A stretch of 64,000 nt of DNA from Escherichia coli. GTDB lineage: Bacteria > Pseudomonadota > Gammaproteobacteria > Enterobacterales > Enterobacteriaceae. Every line of letters begins with the position of its first letter. The stretch's first letter is position 1. Below are positions 12,444 through 25,562 of this stretch, piece by piece. Made by a program: the position numbers and the translations under genes. The stretch lies in the NCBI RefSeq assembly GCF_003334335.1, contig NZ_QOWQ01000002.1; one strand, 5' to 3'. The notes under the pieces are model-generated. The model was not told where the DNA came from. It was given only the letters and a program-made list of their open reading frames with translations, and ran no database searches.

Positions 12444-13226
12444 ATGAAGAAGTCGATTCTCGCTCTGTCTTTGTTAGTCGGTCTCTCCACAGCGGCTTCC
12501 AGCTATGCGGCGCTACCGGAGACGGTACGTATCGGAACCGATACCACCTACGCACCGTTCTCATCGAAAGATGCTAAAGGTGATTTTGTTGGCTTTGATA
12601 TCGATCTCGGTAACGAGATGTGCAAACGGATGCAGGTGAAATGTACCTGGGTTGCCAGTGACTTTGACGCGCTGATCCCCTCACTGAAAGCGAAAAAAAT
12701 CGACGCTATTATTTCGTCGCTTTCCATTACCGATAAACGTCAGCAGGAGATTGCCTTCTCCGACAAGCTGTACGCCGCAGATTCTCGTTTGATTGCGGCC
12801 AAAGGTTCACCGATTCAGCCAACGCTGGATTCACTGAAAGGTAAACATGTTGGTGTGCTGCAGGGATCAACCCAGGAAGCTTACGCTAACGAGACCTGGC
12901 GTAGTAAAGGCGTGGATGTGGTGGCCTATGCCAACCAGGATTTGGTCTATTCCGATCTGGCTGCAGGACGTCTGGATGCTGCGTTACAAGATGAAGTTGC
13001 TGCCAGCGAAGGATTCCTCAAGCAACCTGCTGGTAAAGATTTCGCCTTTGCTGGCTCATCAGTAAAAGACAAAAAATACTTCGGTGATGGCACCGGTGTA
13101 GGGCTACGTAAAGATGATGCTGAACTGACGGCTGCCTTCAATAAGGCGCTTGGCGAGCTGCGTCAGGACGGCACCTACGACAAGATGGCGAAAAAGTATT
13201 TCGACTTTAATGTCTACGGTGACTGA
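12444..13226 (+). CDS. argT: Lysine/arginine/ornithine-binding periplasmic protein
   Basis: 260-aa ORF with signal peptide; close paralogue of the hisJ product immediately downstream. Confidence 0.9.
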   Translation: MKKSILALSLLVGLSTAASSYAALPETVRIGTDTTYAPFSSKDAKGDFVGFDIDLGNEMCKRMQVKCTWVASDFDALIPSLKAKKIDAIISSLSITDKRQQEIAFSDKLYAADSRLIAAKGSPIQPTLDSLKGKHVGVLQGSTQEAYANETWRSKGVDVVAYANQDLVYSDLAAGRLDAALQDEVAASEGFLKQPAGKDFAFAGSSVKDKKYFGDGTGVGLRKDDAELTAAFNKALGELRQDGTYDKMAKKYFDFNVYGD

Positions 13227-13446
13227 TACGTCGCTGGGAAGCTGTACCTGATGGAATGATCATCATGGTGCACGCCAGGTTTGTTGCACTATCGTGGTGC
13301 ATTGAAATGCATACTTAAGCATTTTTAATGAAAAATAATACGTCTAACGGGGCGGGATATTTTGCCTTGATGGTCAATTTTATGGCACGATAAGTGTAAC
13401 AAACCTGTAAATATTCCCTATAAAAAGACTGTCAGTTGAGGACATT

Positions 13447-14229
13447 ATGAAAAAACTGGTGCTATCGCTCTCTCTGGTTCTGGCCTTCTCCAGCGCAACT
13501 GCGGCGTTTGCTGCGATTCCGCAAAACATCCGCATCGGTACCGACCCGACCTATGCGCCATTTGAATCAAAAAATTCACAAGGCGAACTGGTTGGCTTCG
13601 ATATCGATCTGGCAAAGGAATTATGCAAACGCATCAATACGCAATGTACGTTTGTCGAAAATCCGCTGGATGCGTTAATCCCGTCCTTAAAAGCGAAGAA
13701 GATTGACGCCATCATGTCATCGCTTTCCATTACGGAAAAACGTCAGCAAGAAATAGCCTTCACCGACAAACTGTACGCTGCCGATTCTCGTTTGGTGGTG
13801 GCGAAAAATTCTGACATTCAGCCGACAGTCGAGTCGCTGAAAGGCAAACGGGTAGGCGTATTGCAGGGCACCACCCAGGAGACGTTCGGTAATGAACATT
13901 GGGCACCAAAAGGCATTGAAATCGTCTCGTATCAGGGGCAGGACAACATTTATTCTGACCTGACTGCCGGACGTATTGATGCCGCGTTCCAGGATGAGGT
14001 CGCTGCCAGCGAAGGTTTCCTCAAACAACCTGTCGGTAAAGATTACAAATTCGGTGGCCCGTCTGTTAAAGATGAAAAACTGTTTGGCGTAGGGACCGGC
14101 ATGGGCCTGCGTAAAGAAGATAACGAACTGCGCGAAGCACTGAACAAAGCCTTTGCCGAAATGCGCGCTGACGGTACTTACGAGAAATTAGCGAAAAAGT
14201 ACTTCGATTTTGATGTTTATGGTGGCTAA
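13447..14229 (+). CDS. hisJ: Histidine-binding periplasmic protein
   Basis: 260-aa ORF with signal peptide; first gene of the hisJQMP block. Confidence 0.9.
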   Translation: MKKLVLSLSLVLAFSSATAAFAAIPQNIRIGTDPTYAPFESKNSQGELVGFDIDLAKELCKRINTQCTFVENPLDALIPSLKAKKIDAIMSSLSITEKRQQEIAFTDKLYAADSRLVVAKNSDIQPTVESLKGKRVGVLQGTTQETFGNEHWAPKGIEIVSYQGQDNIYSDLTAGRIDAAFQDEVAASEGFLKQPVGKDYKFGGPSVKDEKLFGVGTGMGLRKEDNELREALNKAFAEMRADGTYEKLAKKYFDFDVYGG

Positions 14230-14253
14230 TCGCCATCGGTGAAAGAAAGCCCG

Positions 14254-14277
14254 CTCCCTTCGGGTAACCGGAGGGAG
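14254..14277 (+). other. Intercistronic stem-loop in the hisJ-hisQ spacer
   Basis: 10-bp stem (ctcccttcgg / ccggagggag) closed by a GTAA tetraloop, with no U-tract; lies where the classical his-transport intercistronic palindrome sits. Confidence 0.6.
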
Positions 14278-14318
14278 ACAAGAGGCGGTAATTCACCACA
14301 CACGACAGGACAGGCAGC

Positions 14319-15005
14319 ATGTTGTATGGGTTTTCAGGTGTTATTTTACAGGGTGCGCTCGTCACGCTGGAGCTGGCTATCAGCTCTGTAGTGCTCGCTG
14401 TAATCATCGGTTTAATTGGCGCTGGCGGTAAGCTCTCGCAAAATCGGCTTTCGGGGCTGATTTTCGAAGGGTACACCACGCTGATTCGTGGCGTGCCGGA
14501 CTTAGTGTTGATGCTGCTGATTTTCTACGGTTTGCAGATTGCGCTAAACACGGTGACGGAGGCGATGGGCGTCGGGCAGATTGATATCGATCCGATGGTC
14601 GCTGGTATTATCACTCTCGGTTTTATCTACGGTGCTTATTTTACCGAAACGTTCCGTGGTGCTTTTATGGCAGTGCCGAAAGGACATATAGAGGCGGCGA
14701 CGGCGTTCGGTTTTACTCGTGGGCAAGTGTTTCGGCGGATCATGTTTCCGTCGATGATGCGTTACGCCCTGCCAGGCATTGGCAACAACTGGCAGGTGAT
14801 CCTCAAATCTACCGCACTGGTTTCGTTACTCGGCCTGGAAGATGTGGTCAAAGCCACCCAACTGGCAGGCAAAAGTACCTGGGAACCGTTCTATTTCGCC
14901 ATCGTCTGTGGCGTGATTTACCTGGTTTTCACCACTGTTTCCAATGGTGTGCTGCTGTTCCTTGAGCGCCGCTACTCCGTGGGTGTGAAGAGGGCTGACC
15001 TGTGA
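14319..15005 (+). CDS. hisQ: Histidine ABC transporter permease
   Basis: 228-aa multi-TM ORF with permease EAA-like loop. Confidence 0.9.
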   Translation: MLYGFSGVILQGALVTLELAISSVVLAVIIGLIGAGGKLSQNRLSGLIFEGYTTLIRGVPDLVLMLLIFYGLQIALNTVTEAMGVGQIDIDPMVAGIITLGFIYGAYFTETFRGAFMAVPKGHIEAATAFGFTRGQVFRRIMFPSMMRYALPGIGNNWQVILKSTALVSLLGLEDVVKATQLAGKSTWEPFYFAIVCGVIYLVFTTVSNGVLLFLERRYSVGVKRADL

Positions 15006-15718
15006 TCGAAATCTTACATGAATACTGGAAACCGCTGCTGTGGACCGACGGTTATCGCTTTACTGGTGTGGCGATCACTCTGTGGCTGCTTATTTTGTCG
15101 GTAGTGATAGGCGGAGTCCTGGCGCTGTTTCTGGCGATTGGTCGTGTCTCCAGTAATAAATACATCCAGTTTCCAATCTGGTTATTTACCTATATTTTTC
15201 GCGGTACGCCGCTGTATGTTCAGTTGCTGGTGTTCTATTCCGGCATGTACACGCTTGAGATTGTTAAGGGAACCGAATTCCTTAACGCTTTCTTCCGCAG
15301 TGGCCTGAACTGTACCGTGCTGGCGCTGACGCTTAACACCTGCGCTTACACTACCGAGATTTTTGCTGGGGCAATCCGTTCGGTTCCGCATGGGGAAATT
15401 GAAGCCGCCAGAGCCTATGGCTTCTCGACTTTTAAAATGTATCGCTGCATTATTTTGCCTTCTGCGCTGCGTATTGCGTTACCGGCATACAGCAACGAAG
15501 TGATCCTGATGCTGCACTCTACTGCGTTGGCATTTACTGCCACGGTGCCGGATCTGCTGAAAATAGCCCGCGATATTAACGCCGCCACGTATCAACCTTT
15601 TACCGCCTTCGGCATTGCCGCGGTGCTCTATTTAATCATCTCTTATGTCCTGATCAGCCTCTTTCGCAGAGCGGAAAAACGCTGGTTGCAGCATGTGAAA
15701 CCTTCTTCAACGCACTGA
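15002..15718 (+). CDS. hisM: Histidine ABC transporter permease
   Basis: 238-aa ORF; GTG start overlaps the hisQ stop (GTGA). Confidence 0.9.
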   Translation: MIEILHEYWKPLLWTDGYRFTGVAITLWLLILSVVIGGVLALFLAIGRVSSNKYIQFPIWLFTYIFRGTPLYVQLLVFYSGMYTLEIVKGTEFLNAFFRSGLNCTVLALTLNTCAYTTEIFAGAIRSVPHGEIEAARAYGFSTFKMYRCIILPSALRIALPAYSNEVILMLHSTALAFTATVPDLLKIARDINAATYQPFTAFGIAAVLYLIISYVLISLFRRAEKRWLQHVKPSSTH

Positions 15719-15725
15719 GAATACG

Positions 15726-16499
15726 ATGTCCGAGAATAAATTAAACGTTATCGATTTGCACAAACGCTACGGCGAACATGAAGTGCTGAAAGGGGTATCA
15801 CTGCAAGCGAATGCCGGAGATGTAATAAGCATCATCGGATCGTCGGGATCGGGGAAAAGTACCTTTCTGCGCTGCATTAACTTCCTCGAAAAACCGAGTG
15901 AAGGGTCGATCGTGGTCAATGGCCAGACGATCAATCTGGTGCGCGACAAAGACGGTCAACTCAAAGTCGCCGATAAAAATCAACTGCGCTTACTGCGCAC
16001 ACGCCTGACGATGGTATTCCAGCACTTCAATCTCTGGAGCCATATGACGGTGCTGGAAAACGTCATGGAAGCGCCGATTCAGGTGTTGGGCCTGAGCAAG
16101 CAGGAAGCGCGCGAGCGGGCGGTGAAGTATCTGGCAAAAGTCGGGATAGACGAACGTGCGCAGGGGAAATATCCGGTGCATCTTTCCGGCGGTCAGCAAC
16201 AGCGTGTTTCTATCGCGCGGGCGCTGGCGATGGAACCGGAAGTTTTACTGTTTGATGAACCTACCTCGGCGCTCGATCCTGAACTGGTAGGCGAAGTGTT
16301 GCGTATTATGCAGCAACTGGCAGAAGAGGGGAAAACCATGGTGGTAGTGACTCACGAAATGGGCTTTGCTCGCCATGTTTCTACTCATGTCATTTTCCTC
16401 CATCAGGGGAAAATAGAAGAAGAGGGCGCGCCGGAGCAGTTATTTGGCAACCCGCAAAGCCCTCGTCTGCAACGGTTCCTTAAGGGATCGCTGAAATAA
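15726..16499 (+). CDS. hisP: Histidine ABC transporter ATP-binding protein
   Basis: 257-aa ORF with Walker A (GSSGSGKST), ABC signature (LSGGQQQR) and Walker B ([11 protein letters not shown]). Confidence 0.95.
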
Positions 16500-16505
16500 T
16501 TTCCT

Positions 16506-16536
16506 CTCCGGTGGCTAACGCTGCCGGAGTATTTTC
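16506..16536 (+). terminator. Weak hairpin after hisP, possible terminator
   Basis: ctccgg...ccggag stem followed by tattttcat. Confidence 0.35.
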
Positions 16537-16695
16537 ATGGGGAATTTGCGAGTCAGCTTCCGCTGAAATGTAAAAGTTACAGTCCGCTAAAAATACTTCT
16601 GAATTCGCTGTCCAAAGATAAAAACTGCCTGCTGCATTGGGTGTTAATCGTGGTTATTGTCGCGTCATCTTAAATTTGAGGGGTGACGGAACGCC

Positions 16696-17586
16696 ATGAC
16701 AATATCGACAACTTCCACGCCGCATGATGCGGTATTTAAATCTTTTTTACGCCATCCAGACACCGCGCGGGATTTTATTGATATTCATCTTCCCGCGCCG
16801 CTGCGCAAACTGTGTGATTTAACGACGCTTAAACTGGAACCAAACAGTTTTATTGATGAAGACCTGCGGCAATATTATTCCGACCTCTTGTGGTCTGTGA
16901 AAACGCAGGAGGGAGTGGGTTATATTTATGTAGTGATAGAGCACCAAAGTAAGCCGGAAGAATTAATGGCTTTTCGCATGATGCGTTATTCCATTGCGGC
17001 AATGCAAAACCATCTTGATGCGGGCTATAAAGAGCTTCCATTGGTGCTCCCGATGCTGTTTTATCATGGTTGCAGAAGTCCTTATCCTTATTCACTCTGC
17101 TGGCTTGATGAATTTGCCGAGCCTGCTATAGCCCGCAAAATATATTCATCGGCTTTTCCGTTGGTGGATATTACCGTGGTGCCGGATGACGAGATTATGC
17201 AACACCGCAAAATGGCGCTGTTGGAGTTAATTCAGAAACATATTCGTCAGCGCGATCTGTTGGGATTAGTCGACCAAATTGTTTCGCTGCTAGTTACAGG
17301 GAACACTAATGACAGACAGCTAAAAGCCCTGTTTAATTACGTATTACAAACAGGGGATGCCCAGCGTTTTCGTGCATTTATTGGTGAGATAGCGGAACGC
17401 GCACCACAAGAAAAGGAGAAACTGATGACCATTGCTGACAGATTACGTGAAGAAGGCGCAATGCAGGGCAAACACGAAGAAGCCCTGCGTATTGCTCAGG
17501 AGATGCTGGATAGAGGTTTAGACAGAGAGTTAGTTATGATGGTGACCCGACTTTCACCAGACGATCTTATCGCGCAAAGCCACTAA
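16696..17586 (+). CDS. rpnB: Recombination-promoting nuclease RpnB (YhgA-like, transposase-related PD-(D/E)XK family)
   Basis: 296-aa ORF; N-terminus (HDAVFKSFL...) and position after hisP match K-12 yfcI/rpnB. Confidence 0.8.
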
Positions 17587-17633
17587 TCCTGTAACACCGG
17601 GAGTTAACTGGCGGATGTTTGCTGTAAACCACA

Positions 17634-18527
17634 TCAGCGAACGACATCCGCCAGCGCCTCTTCTAAATCGTACCAGCGAAACGCAAAACCCGCTTCTTCC
17701 AGCCGTTTAGGCAGCGCGCGTTGTCCACCTAATACCAGTACTGAAGATTCGCCCATTAACAGTCGAATGGCGGTCGCGGGGACGCGCAAAATGGCCGGGC
17801 GATGCAGCGCATGACCGAGCGCATGGGCAAATTGTTCATTGCGTACCGGGTAGGGCGAAACCATATTAAATGGCCCGCGCAGCTCGTTATCCAGCAGCCA
17901 GAGAATACCGTTGACCATATCATCAATATGAATCCAGGCCAGATACTGCCGACCAGAGCCAATCGGCCCGCCCAGGCCAAGACGAAACGGCGGCAGCATT
18001 TTACCGAGAATACCGCCATCCGGTGCCAGCACTACACCGGTACGCAGCAGGCACACTCGCGTTTTGTCACTTTGCGCCCGGCAGGCAATTTCTTCCCAGC
18101 GAGCGCAGAGTTTATGGGTAAATTCGTTATGCGGCGGTTCCTCTTCGGTAACCACCACTTCACCTAAGTCACCATAATAGCCCGTTGCCGAGCCGGAAAT
18201 GAGTACCGACGGTGGCGTGTCGCTGGCATTAATCAAATCGACCAGTTTTTGCGTGATATTCCAGCGGCTTTGGCAGAGACGCTCTTTTTGCTCGTGAGTC
18301 CAGCGTTTATCAGCAATCGGTTCTCCGGCCAGGTTGATTACCGCATCAACGCCGTTGAGGTTGCTTTGATCGGCAAGCCCTTGCCATAGTGTCACCCGAG
18401 GGCCGAGAACGGAACTGGCTTTCTGCGGGTTACGCGTCACTACCGTAATTTGATGGCCCAGCTCCAGCAAACGCGGAATCAAATGGCGACCAATTAATCC
18501 TGTCCCTCCGGTGATCACTATGTTCAT
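17634..18527 (-). CDS. yfcH: NAD-dependent epimerase-family protein YfcH
   Basis: 297-aa ORF with N-terminal Rossmann motif ITGGTGLIG. Confidence 0.85.
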
Positions 18528-18547
18528 GCAGCCTCCCGATATGGCGA

Positions 18548-18910
18548 TTAACGCTGCCAGCTTAAGGTCATGGATACCGAATCGGCGTAGCGCAGCGCGT
18601 GCAGTTTATCGATCTCCACTTCAGCATACGTCACCCAGTGATGTTCACGTGCGATATCGAGCACATCCTGAGTTAATTTTTCCAGCAAAGAGAAACGGTT
18701 ATTCTCTACATGCTGAATAATGTTTTTCGTTACGGTGCGATAATTCAGCGCATCGTTGATATCTTCGCTAGTGCGCGCTTTATCGGCGGGGTAGTGGATC
18801 GTCACATTGATAACAATATCCTGACGGTTGTTAATTTCTTCTTCCTTAATTCCGATAAACGTACGCAAACGAAGGTTCTTTATACGAATAATAGCGGCAG
18901 GTTGTGCCAT
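18548..18910 (-). CDS. folX: Dihydroneopterin triphosphate 2'-epimerase
   Basis: 120-aa ORF of FolB/FolX size; N-terminus [21 protein letters not shown]. Confidence 0.9.
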
Positions 18911-18966
18911 TGCAGGTTCTCCGTTGTTTTACTTAGGATGAAATAATACACGAGAACCTGTTTCTG

Positions 18967-20443
<1,477 letters not shown>

Positions 20444-20446
20444 TGA

Positions 20447-21001
20447 GTGATGAAACTGATGTTTGCATCGGACATTCATGGGTCGTTACCGGCGACGGAA
20501 CGTGTTCTGGAGTTGTTTGCCCAAAGCGGTGCCCAGTGGCTGGTGATCCTTGGCGACGTGTTGAATCACGGCCCGCGTAATGCTTTACCGGAGGGTTACG
20601 CGCCAGCCAAAGTCGCTGAACGGCTTAATGAAGTGGCACATAAGGTTATCGCTGTGCGCGGCAACTGCGACAGCGAAGTGGATCAAATGCTGCTGCATTT
20701 CCCGATAACCGCGCCGTGGCAACAGGTATTACTGGAAAAACAACGTCTGTTTTTGACGCATGGTCATCTTTTTGGCCCGGAAAATCTGCCTGCTTTAAAC
20801 CAGAACGATGTGCTGGTGTACGGTCATACCCATCTGCCAGTGGCAGAACAGCGGGGGGAGATTTTCCACTTCAACCCCGGCTCGGTGAGTATTCCGAAAG
20901 GCGGTAATCCGGCGAGTTATGGCATGCTGGATAATGACGTACTTAGTGTAATCGCACTCAATGATCAAAGTATCATTGCGCAGGTCGCGATTAATCCGTA
21001 A
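20447..21001 (+). CDS. yfcE: Mn-dependent phosphodiesterase YfcE (calcineurin-like)
   Basis: 184-aa ORF with metallophosphoesterase motifs (DIHG, GDVLNHG, GNCD, GHTH). Confidence 0.85.
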   Translation: MMKLMFASDIHGSLPATERVLELFAQSGAQWLVILGDVLNHGPRNALPEGYAPAKVAERLNEVAHKVIAVRGNCDSEVDQMLLHFPITAPWQQVLLEKQRLFLTHGHLFGPENLPALNQNDVLVYGHTHLPVAEQRGEIFHFNPGSVSIPKGGNPASYGMLDNDVLSVIALNDQSIIAQVAINP

Positions 21002-21058
21002 TTTACCCACAACTCAAAATGCGCCGTAAGAGCGCCAGAAAAAGAAGGTTTCCTGATA

Positions 21059-21601
21059 ATGGAACAGCGTCGTTTGGCAAGTACTGAATGGGTGGATATT
21101 GTCAATGAAGAGAACGAAGTCATTGCACAAGCCAGCCGGGAACAAATGCGGGCACAGTGTCTGCGTCATCGTGCAACTTACATCGTCGTGCATGATGGCA
21201 TGGGCAAAATTCTGGTCCAGCGTCGTACCGAGACAAAAGACTTTTTACCCGGCATGTTAGATGCGACCGCAGGCGGTGTAGTCCAGGCCGATGAGCAACT
21301 GCTGGAATCCGCGCGTCGCGAAGCGGAAGAAGAGTTGGGCATTGCCGGTGTCCCCTTTGCCGAGCACGGGCAGTTCTATTTCGAAGATAAAAATTGCCGT
21401 GTCTGGGGCGCATTGTTCAGCTGCGTCTCTCACGGTCCCTTCGCACTACAGGAAGATGAAGTCAGTGAAGTTTGCTGGCTGACGCCGGAAGAAATCACCG
21501 CACGCTGCGATGAGTTCACTCCAGACTCGCTGAAAGCGCTAGCGTTGTGGATGAAGCGCAATGCCAAAAATGAAGCCGTAGAGACTGAAACGGCAGAATG
21601 A
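21059..21601 (+). CDS. yfcD: Nudix hydrolase YfcD
   Basis: 180-aa ORF with a Nudix box ([23 protein letters not shown]). Confidence 0.85.
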
Positions 21602-21635
21602 AAAAAGAGCCGCAATTGCGGCTCTTAACATTTTT
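21601..21635. terminator. Bidirectional intrinsic terminator between convergent yfcD and yfcC
   Basis: Hairpin agagccgcaattgcggctct (21606-21625) flanked by AAAAA upstream and TTTTT downstream. Confidence 0.75.
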
Positions 21636-23154
21636 AGTGGTAGCCCATCAACTGAGCGCCGATCACTACGACGCTGGACATAATAAACAGCAGTCCAAGT
21701 AGGGTCGCGCCCACCTTCAGCCAGTTACGGAAGTCCACCCTGCACACACCGAGCGTTGCCATTAACGACGCTGAGGTTGGGTAAATGATGTGACTGAAGC
21801 CATCACCAAACTGGAACGCCAGCACGGTAACCTGACGGTTAACACCGACCAGATCGCCAAGCGGTGCCAGTAACGGCATGGTTAACGCCGCCTGACCAGA
21901 ACCGGACGTCACGAAGAAATTAAATACCGCCTGGAAGAGCAACATAAACCAGGCCGCGACCGCGTTGTCCAGACCGCTAATGGCATTGGCAATGCTGTTG
22001 AGGATGGTATTTAACACGCTGGCATCACCCGCTTCACCATTACCGACCAGCAGCAAAATCCCTTTGGCGAAACCCACCAGCAGGGCAGGGGCGATCATCA
22101 TTCGCGCCCCTTCGGTAAAGGATGAAGCCATGGTATTAACCGTCATGCCGTTAAGGCGGAAAACAACGCCGATGATGCCAATCACCAGACCCATGGTGAA
22201 GAACTGGCTGGCAATTTCTGGAATAAACCAGGCATTAACGATCACGCCCCAAATCACCCAGACCATTACGGCGGTCAGGACAATCAATACCAGCCAGTCA
22301 CCAAAGGTAAACGGACGTTGTTCAACATCAGCCTGCTTTTCACGAAAGAAGCGGTCGGACTCATGCACGCGTGACAGAAGAGGATTCTTTTTCACTCGTG
22401 AGGCGTACACCATGGTAAAGATCAGGCCAATCAGAGTGGCGATAACCCACACCACGATGCGCAACCCGGAGCCAGAAAGCACCGGAACGCCGGCAATCCC
22501 CTGAGCAACGACCACACAAAACGGGTTCATCCACGAACTGGCAAAACCGATTTGCGTGGCAATATAGGTCACCAGGACGGTGGTAATACTGTCATAGCCC
22601 AGCCGGACCATTAGCGGTGCGATGATAATGGCAAAGGCGACGGCCTCTTCTCCCATACCAAATACCGCGCCGCCAAGTGAAAACAGAATAAACAGCGCAG
22701 GAATAAAGAGAATTTCATTCCCGCGGGTATGGCGAATAAGCGCCAGGATACCGTTATCAATGGTTCCTGTACGCATCACAATGCCAAACGCGCCGCCAAT
22801 CACCAGCATAAACATGATGATGCCAACGGCTGTCCCGTATTTCGATCCTGAGGTTAATCCTTCAAACGGGAAGTTCATCAGGCCCGGGCGTTCATCGCCC
22901 GTCGTGAACAGCTGTACGCGGTGATACTCAGGTTCGCCTGCTTCGTTAGTCAGAATGCGAAATGAGTGTGGATCTACGACTTTGCGTGTTTTTGTTTGAC
23001 CATCAACCTGATACTGCACTTCCTGACTGTCAAACATCCCCACCGGAACTACCCAGGTGGCAAGGCTGGTTAAAATAGCAACAAAAAAGATAATCACCAA
23101 CGTATCGGGCATTGCCCATCTTCTTGTTGGTTTGGATTCAGTGATTGCGGACAT
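21634..23154 (-). CDS. yfcC: Putative inner-membrane transporter YfcC
   Basis: Polytopic membrane ORF; 506 aa from the ATG at 23154. The track start at 23175 is a GTG 7 codons upstream. Confidence 0.85.
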   Translation of the reverse strand: MSAITESKPTRRWAMPDTLVIIFFVAILTSLATWVVPVGMFDSQEVQYQVDGQTKTRKVVDPHSFRILTNEAGEPEYHRVQLFTTGDERPGLMNFPFEGLTSGSKYGTAVGIIMFMLVIGGAFGIVMRTGTIDNGILALIRHTRGNEILFIPALFILFSLGGAVFGMGEEAVAFAIIIAPLMVRLGYDSITTVLVTYIATQIGFASSWMNPFCVVVAQGIAGVPVLSGSGLRIVVWVIATLIGLIFTMVYASRVKKNPLLSRVHESDRFFREKQADVEQRPFTFGDWLVLIVLTAVMVWVIWGVIVNAWFIPEIASQFFTMGLVIGIIGVVFRLNGMTVNTMASSFTEGARMMIAPALLVGFAKGILLLVGNGEAGDASVLNTILNSIANAISGLDNAVAAWFMLLFQAVFNFFVTSGSGQAALTMPLLAPLGDLVGVNRQVTVLAFQFGDGFSHIIYPTSASLMATLGVCRVDFRNWLKVGATLLGLLFIMSSVVVIGAQLMGYH

Positions 23155-23271
23155 AGCGCAAATATTCCCTTGCACAAAACAAAGTGGTAAGTATGCAAAG
23201 TGGGATGGCGCAATTCATTGATGCAGCGCAGTTAAGCAAGATAATCAGAAAGGATTAATGCAAATTAAGAG

Positions 23272-23304
23272 AATAAAAAACCGGAAATAGTGATTATTTC
23301 CGGT
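23272..23304 (-). terminator. Intrinsic terminator after pta
   Basis: On the minus strand: hairpin ccggaaataatcactatttccgg followed by TTTTTTATT; a second hairpin (23311-23333) lies between it and the pta stop. Confidence 0.8.
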
Positions 23305-23343
23305 TCAGATATCCGCAGCGCAAAGCTGCGGATGATGACGAGA

Positions 23344-25488
23344 TTACTGCTGCTGTGCAGACTGAATCGCAGTCAGCGCGATGGTGTAGACGATATCGTC
23401 AACCAGTGCGCCACGGGACAGGTCGTTAACCGGCTTGCGCATACCCTGCAGCATCGGCCCGATGGAGATCAGGTCGGCAGAACGCTGTACCGCTTTGTAG
23501 GTGGTGTTACCGGTGTTCAGATCCGGGAAGATGAACACGGTAGCGCGACCTGCAACCGGAGAGTTCGGCGCTTTGGATTTCGCAACGTCAGCCATTACCG
23601 CAGCGTCGTACTGCAGCGGACCGTCGATCATCAGGTCAGGACGTTTTTCCTGCGCCAGACGAGTTGCTTCGCGAACTTTTTCTACGTCGCTACCTGCACC
23701 AGAAGTACCGGTGGAGTAGGAGAGCATAGCAACGCGCGGTTCGATACCGAAGGCCGCAGCGGAATCAGCGGACTGAATCGCGATTTCTGCCAGCTGTTCA
23801 GCGGTCGGATCCGGGTTGATCGCACAGTCACCGTAAACGTAAACCTGTTCCGGCAGCAGCATGAAGAACACGGAAGATACCAGGGAGCTGCCCGGTGCAG
23901 TTTTGATCAGCTGCAGCGGCGGACGGATGGTGTTTGCGGTAGTGTGAACAGCACCGGAAACCAGACCATCAACTTCATCCTGTTCCAGCATCAGCGTACC
24001 GAGCACCACGTTGTCTTCCAGCTGTTCGCGGGCAACGGTTTCGGTCATGCCTTTGTTCTTACGCAGTTCGACCAGACGACCAACATAGCTTTCGCGAACC
24101 ACTTCTGGATCAACGATTTCAATCCCTGCACCCAGTTCTACACCCTGAGACGCTGCAACACGGTTGATCTCTGCCGGATTACCCAGCAGTACGCAAGTTG
24201 CGATACCACGTTCAGCACAGATAGCGGCTGCTTTAACGGTACGCGGTTCGTCACCTTCCGGCAGTACGATACGTTTGCCCGCTTTGCGCGCAAGTTCAGT
24301 CAGCTGATAACGGAACGCAGGCGGAGACAGACGACGGCTGCGCTCAGAAGTGGCAGTCAGAGATTCGATCCAGTCAGCGTTGATGTAGTTAGCAACGTAT
24401 TCCTGAACTTTCTCGATACGTTCGTGATCGTCAACCGGAACTTCCAGGTTGAAGCTCTGCAGGCTCAGAGAGGTCTGCCAGGTGTTGGTGTTCACCATAA
24501 ATACCGGCAGGCCGGTAGCGAAAGCACGTTCGCACAGTTTAGAAATGCGCGCGTCCATTTCGTAACCGCCAGTCAGCAGCAGGGCACCGATTTCTACGCC
24601 GTTCATGGCTGCCAGGCAAGCGGCCACCAGCACGTCAGGACGGTCTGCGGAAGTCACCAGCAGAGAACCGGCACGGAAGTGCTCCAGCATGTGCGGAATG
24701 CTGCGTGCGCAGAAAGTGACGGATTTAACGCGGCGAGTATTGATGTCGCCTTCGTTGATGATGGTCGCATTCAGGTGGCGAGCCATATCGATCGCACGAG
24801 TCGCGATCAGGTCAAAGCTCCACGGCACAGCGCCGAGAACCGGCAGCGGGCTGGATTCTTGCAGCTTCGCCGGATCAACATTGTTTACTTTAGCTTTGGA
24901 AGAGTCGTCGAAAATCTCGGACAGATCCGGGCGAGTACGACCCTGTTCATCAACCGGTGCGTTCAGTTTGTTAACGATAACGCCGGTGATGTTGGTGTTT
25001 TTGGCACCGCCGAAGCTGTTGCGGGTCAGTTCGATACGCTCTTTCAGCTGTTCCGGGGTGTCAGTGCCCTGAGACATAACGAAGACGATTTCCGCATTCA
25101 GCGTTTTAGCGATTTCGTAGTTCAGAGACTGGGCAAACTGGTGCTTACGTGTCGGGACCAGACCTTCAACCAGAACGACTTCAGCGTCTTTGGTGTTAGC
25201 GTGGTAGTTTGCGACGATCTCTTCCATCAGCACATCTTTCTGATTGCTGGAAAGCAGACCTTCAACGTAGCTCATTTTCAGCGGTTCAGCGGCCGTCGTG
25301 GTGGAAGAGTTCGCACGCACGATAGTCGTAGTCTGATCGGGCGCATCGCCACCGGTACGCGGCTGAGCGATAGGTTTGAAAACGCTCAGACGAACGCCTT
25401 TGCGTTCCATTGCACGGATCACGCCAAGGCTGACGCTGGTCAGACCGACGCTGGTTCCGGTAGGGATCAGCATAATAATACGGGACAC
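23344..25488 (-). CDS. pta: Phosphate acetyltransferase
   Basis: 714-aa ORF; N-terminus [22 protein letters not shown]; lies downstream of ackA. Confidence 0.97.
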
Positions 25489-25524
25489 GGTTTATCCTCT
25501 TTCGTTACCGCCGATTTGGCGGGT

Positions 25525-25557
25525 TACAAAACAGCACCGCCAGCTGAGCTGGCGGTG
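25525..25557 (-). terminator. Hairpin plus U-rich tract between ackA and pta (partial terminator or attenuator)
   Basis: Perfect palindrome caccgccagc/gctggcggtg (25535-25557) followed on the minus strand by UGUUUUGU. Confidence 0.55.
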
Positions 25558-25562
25558 TGAAA

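Noticed and set aside
23290-25560. 756-aa plus-strand ORF with no stop codons
   Set aside because: It is exactly antisense to pta, whose product is unmistakable. Long antisense open frames are a codon-bias artefact of GC-rich, highly expressed genes, and this one has no ribosome-binding site.
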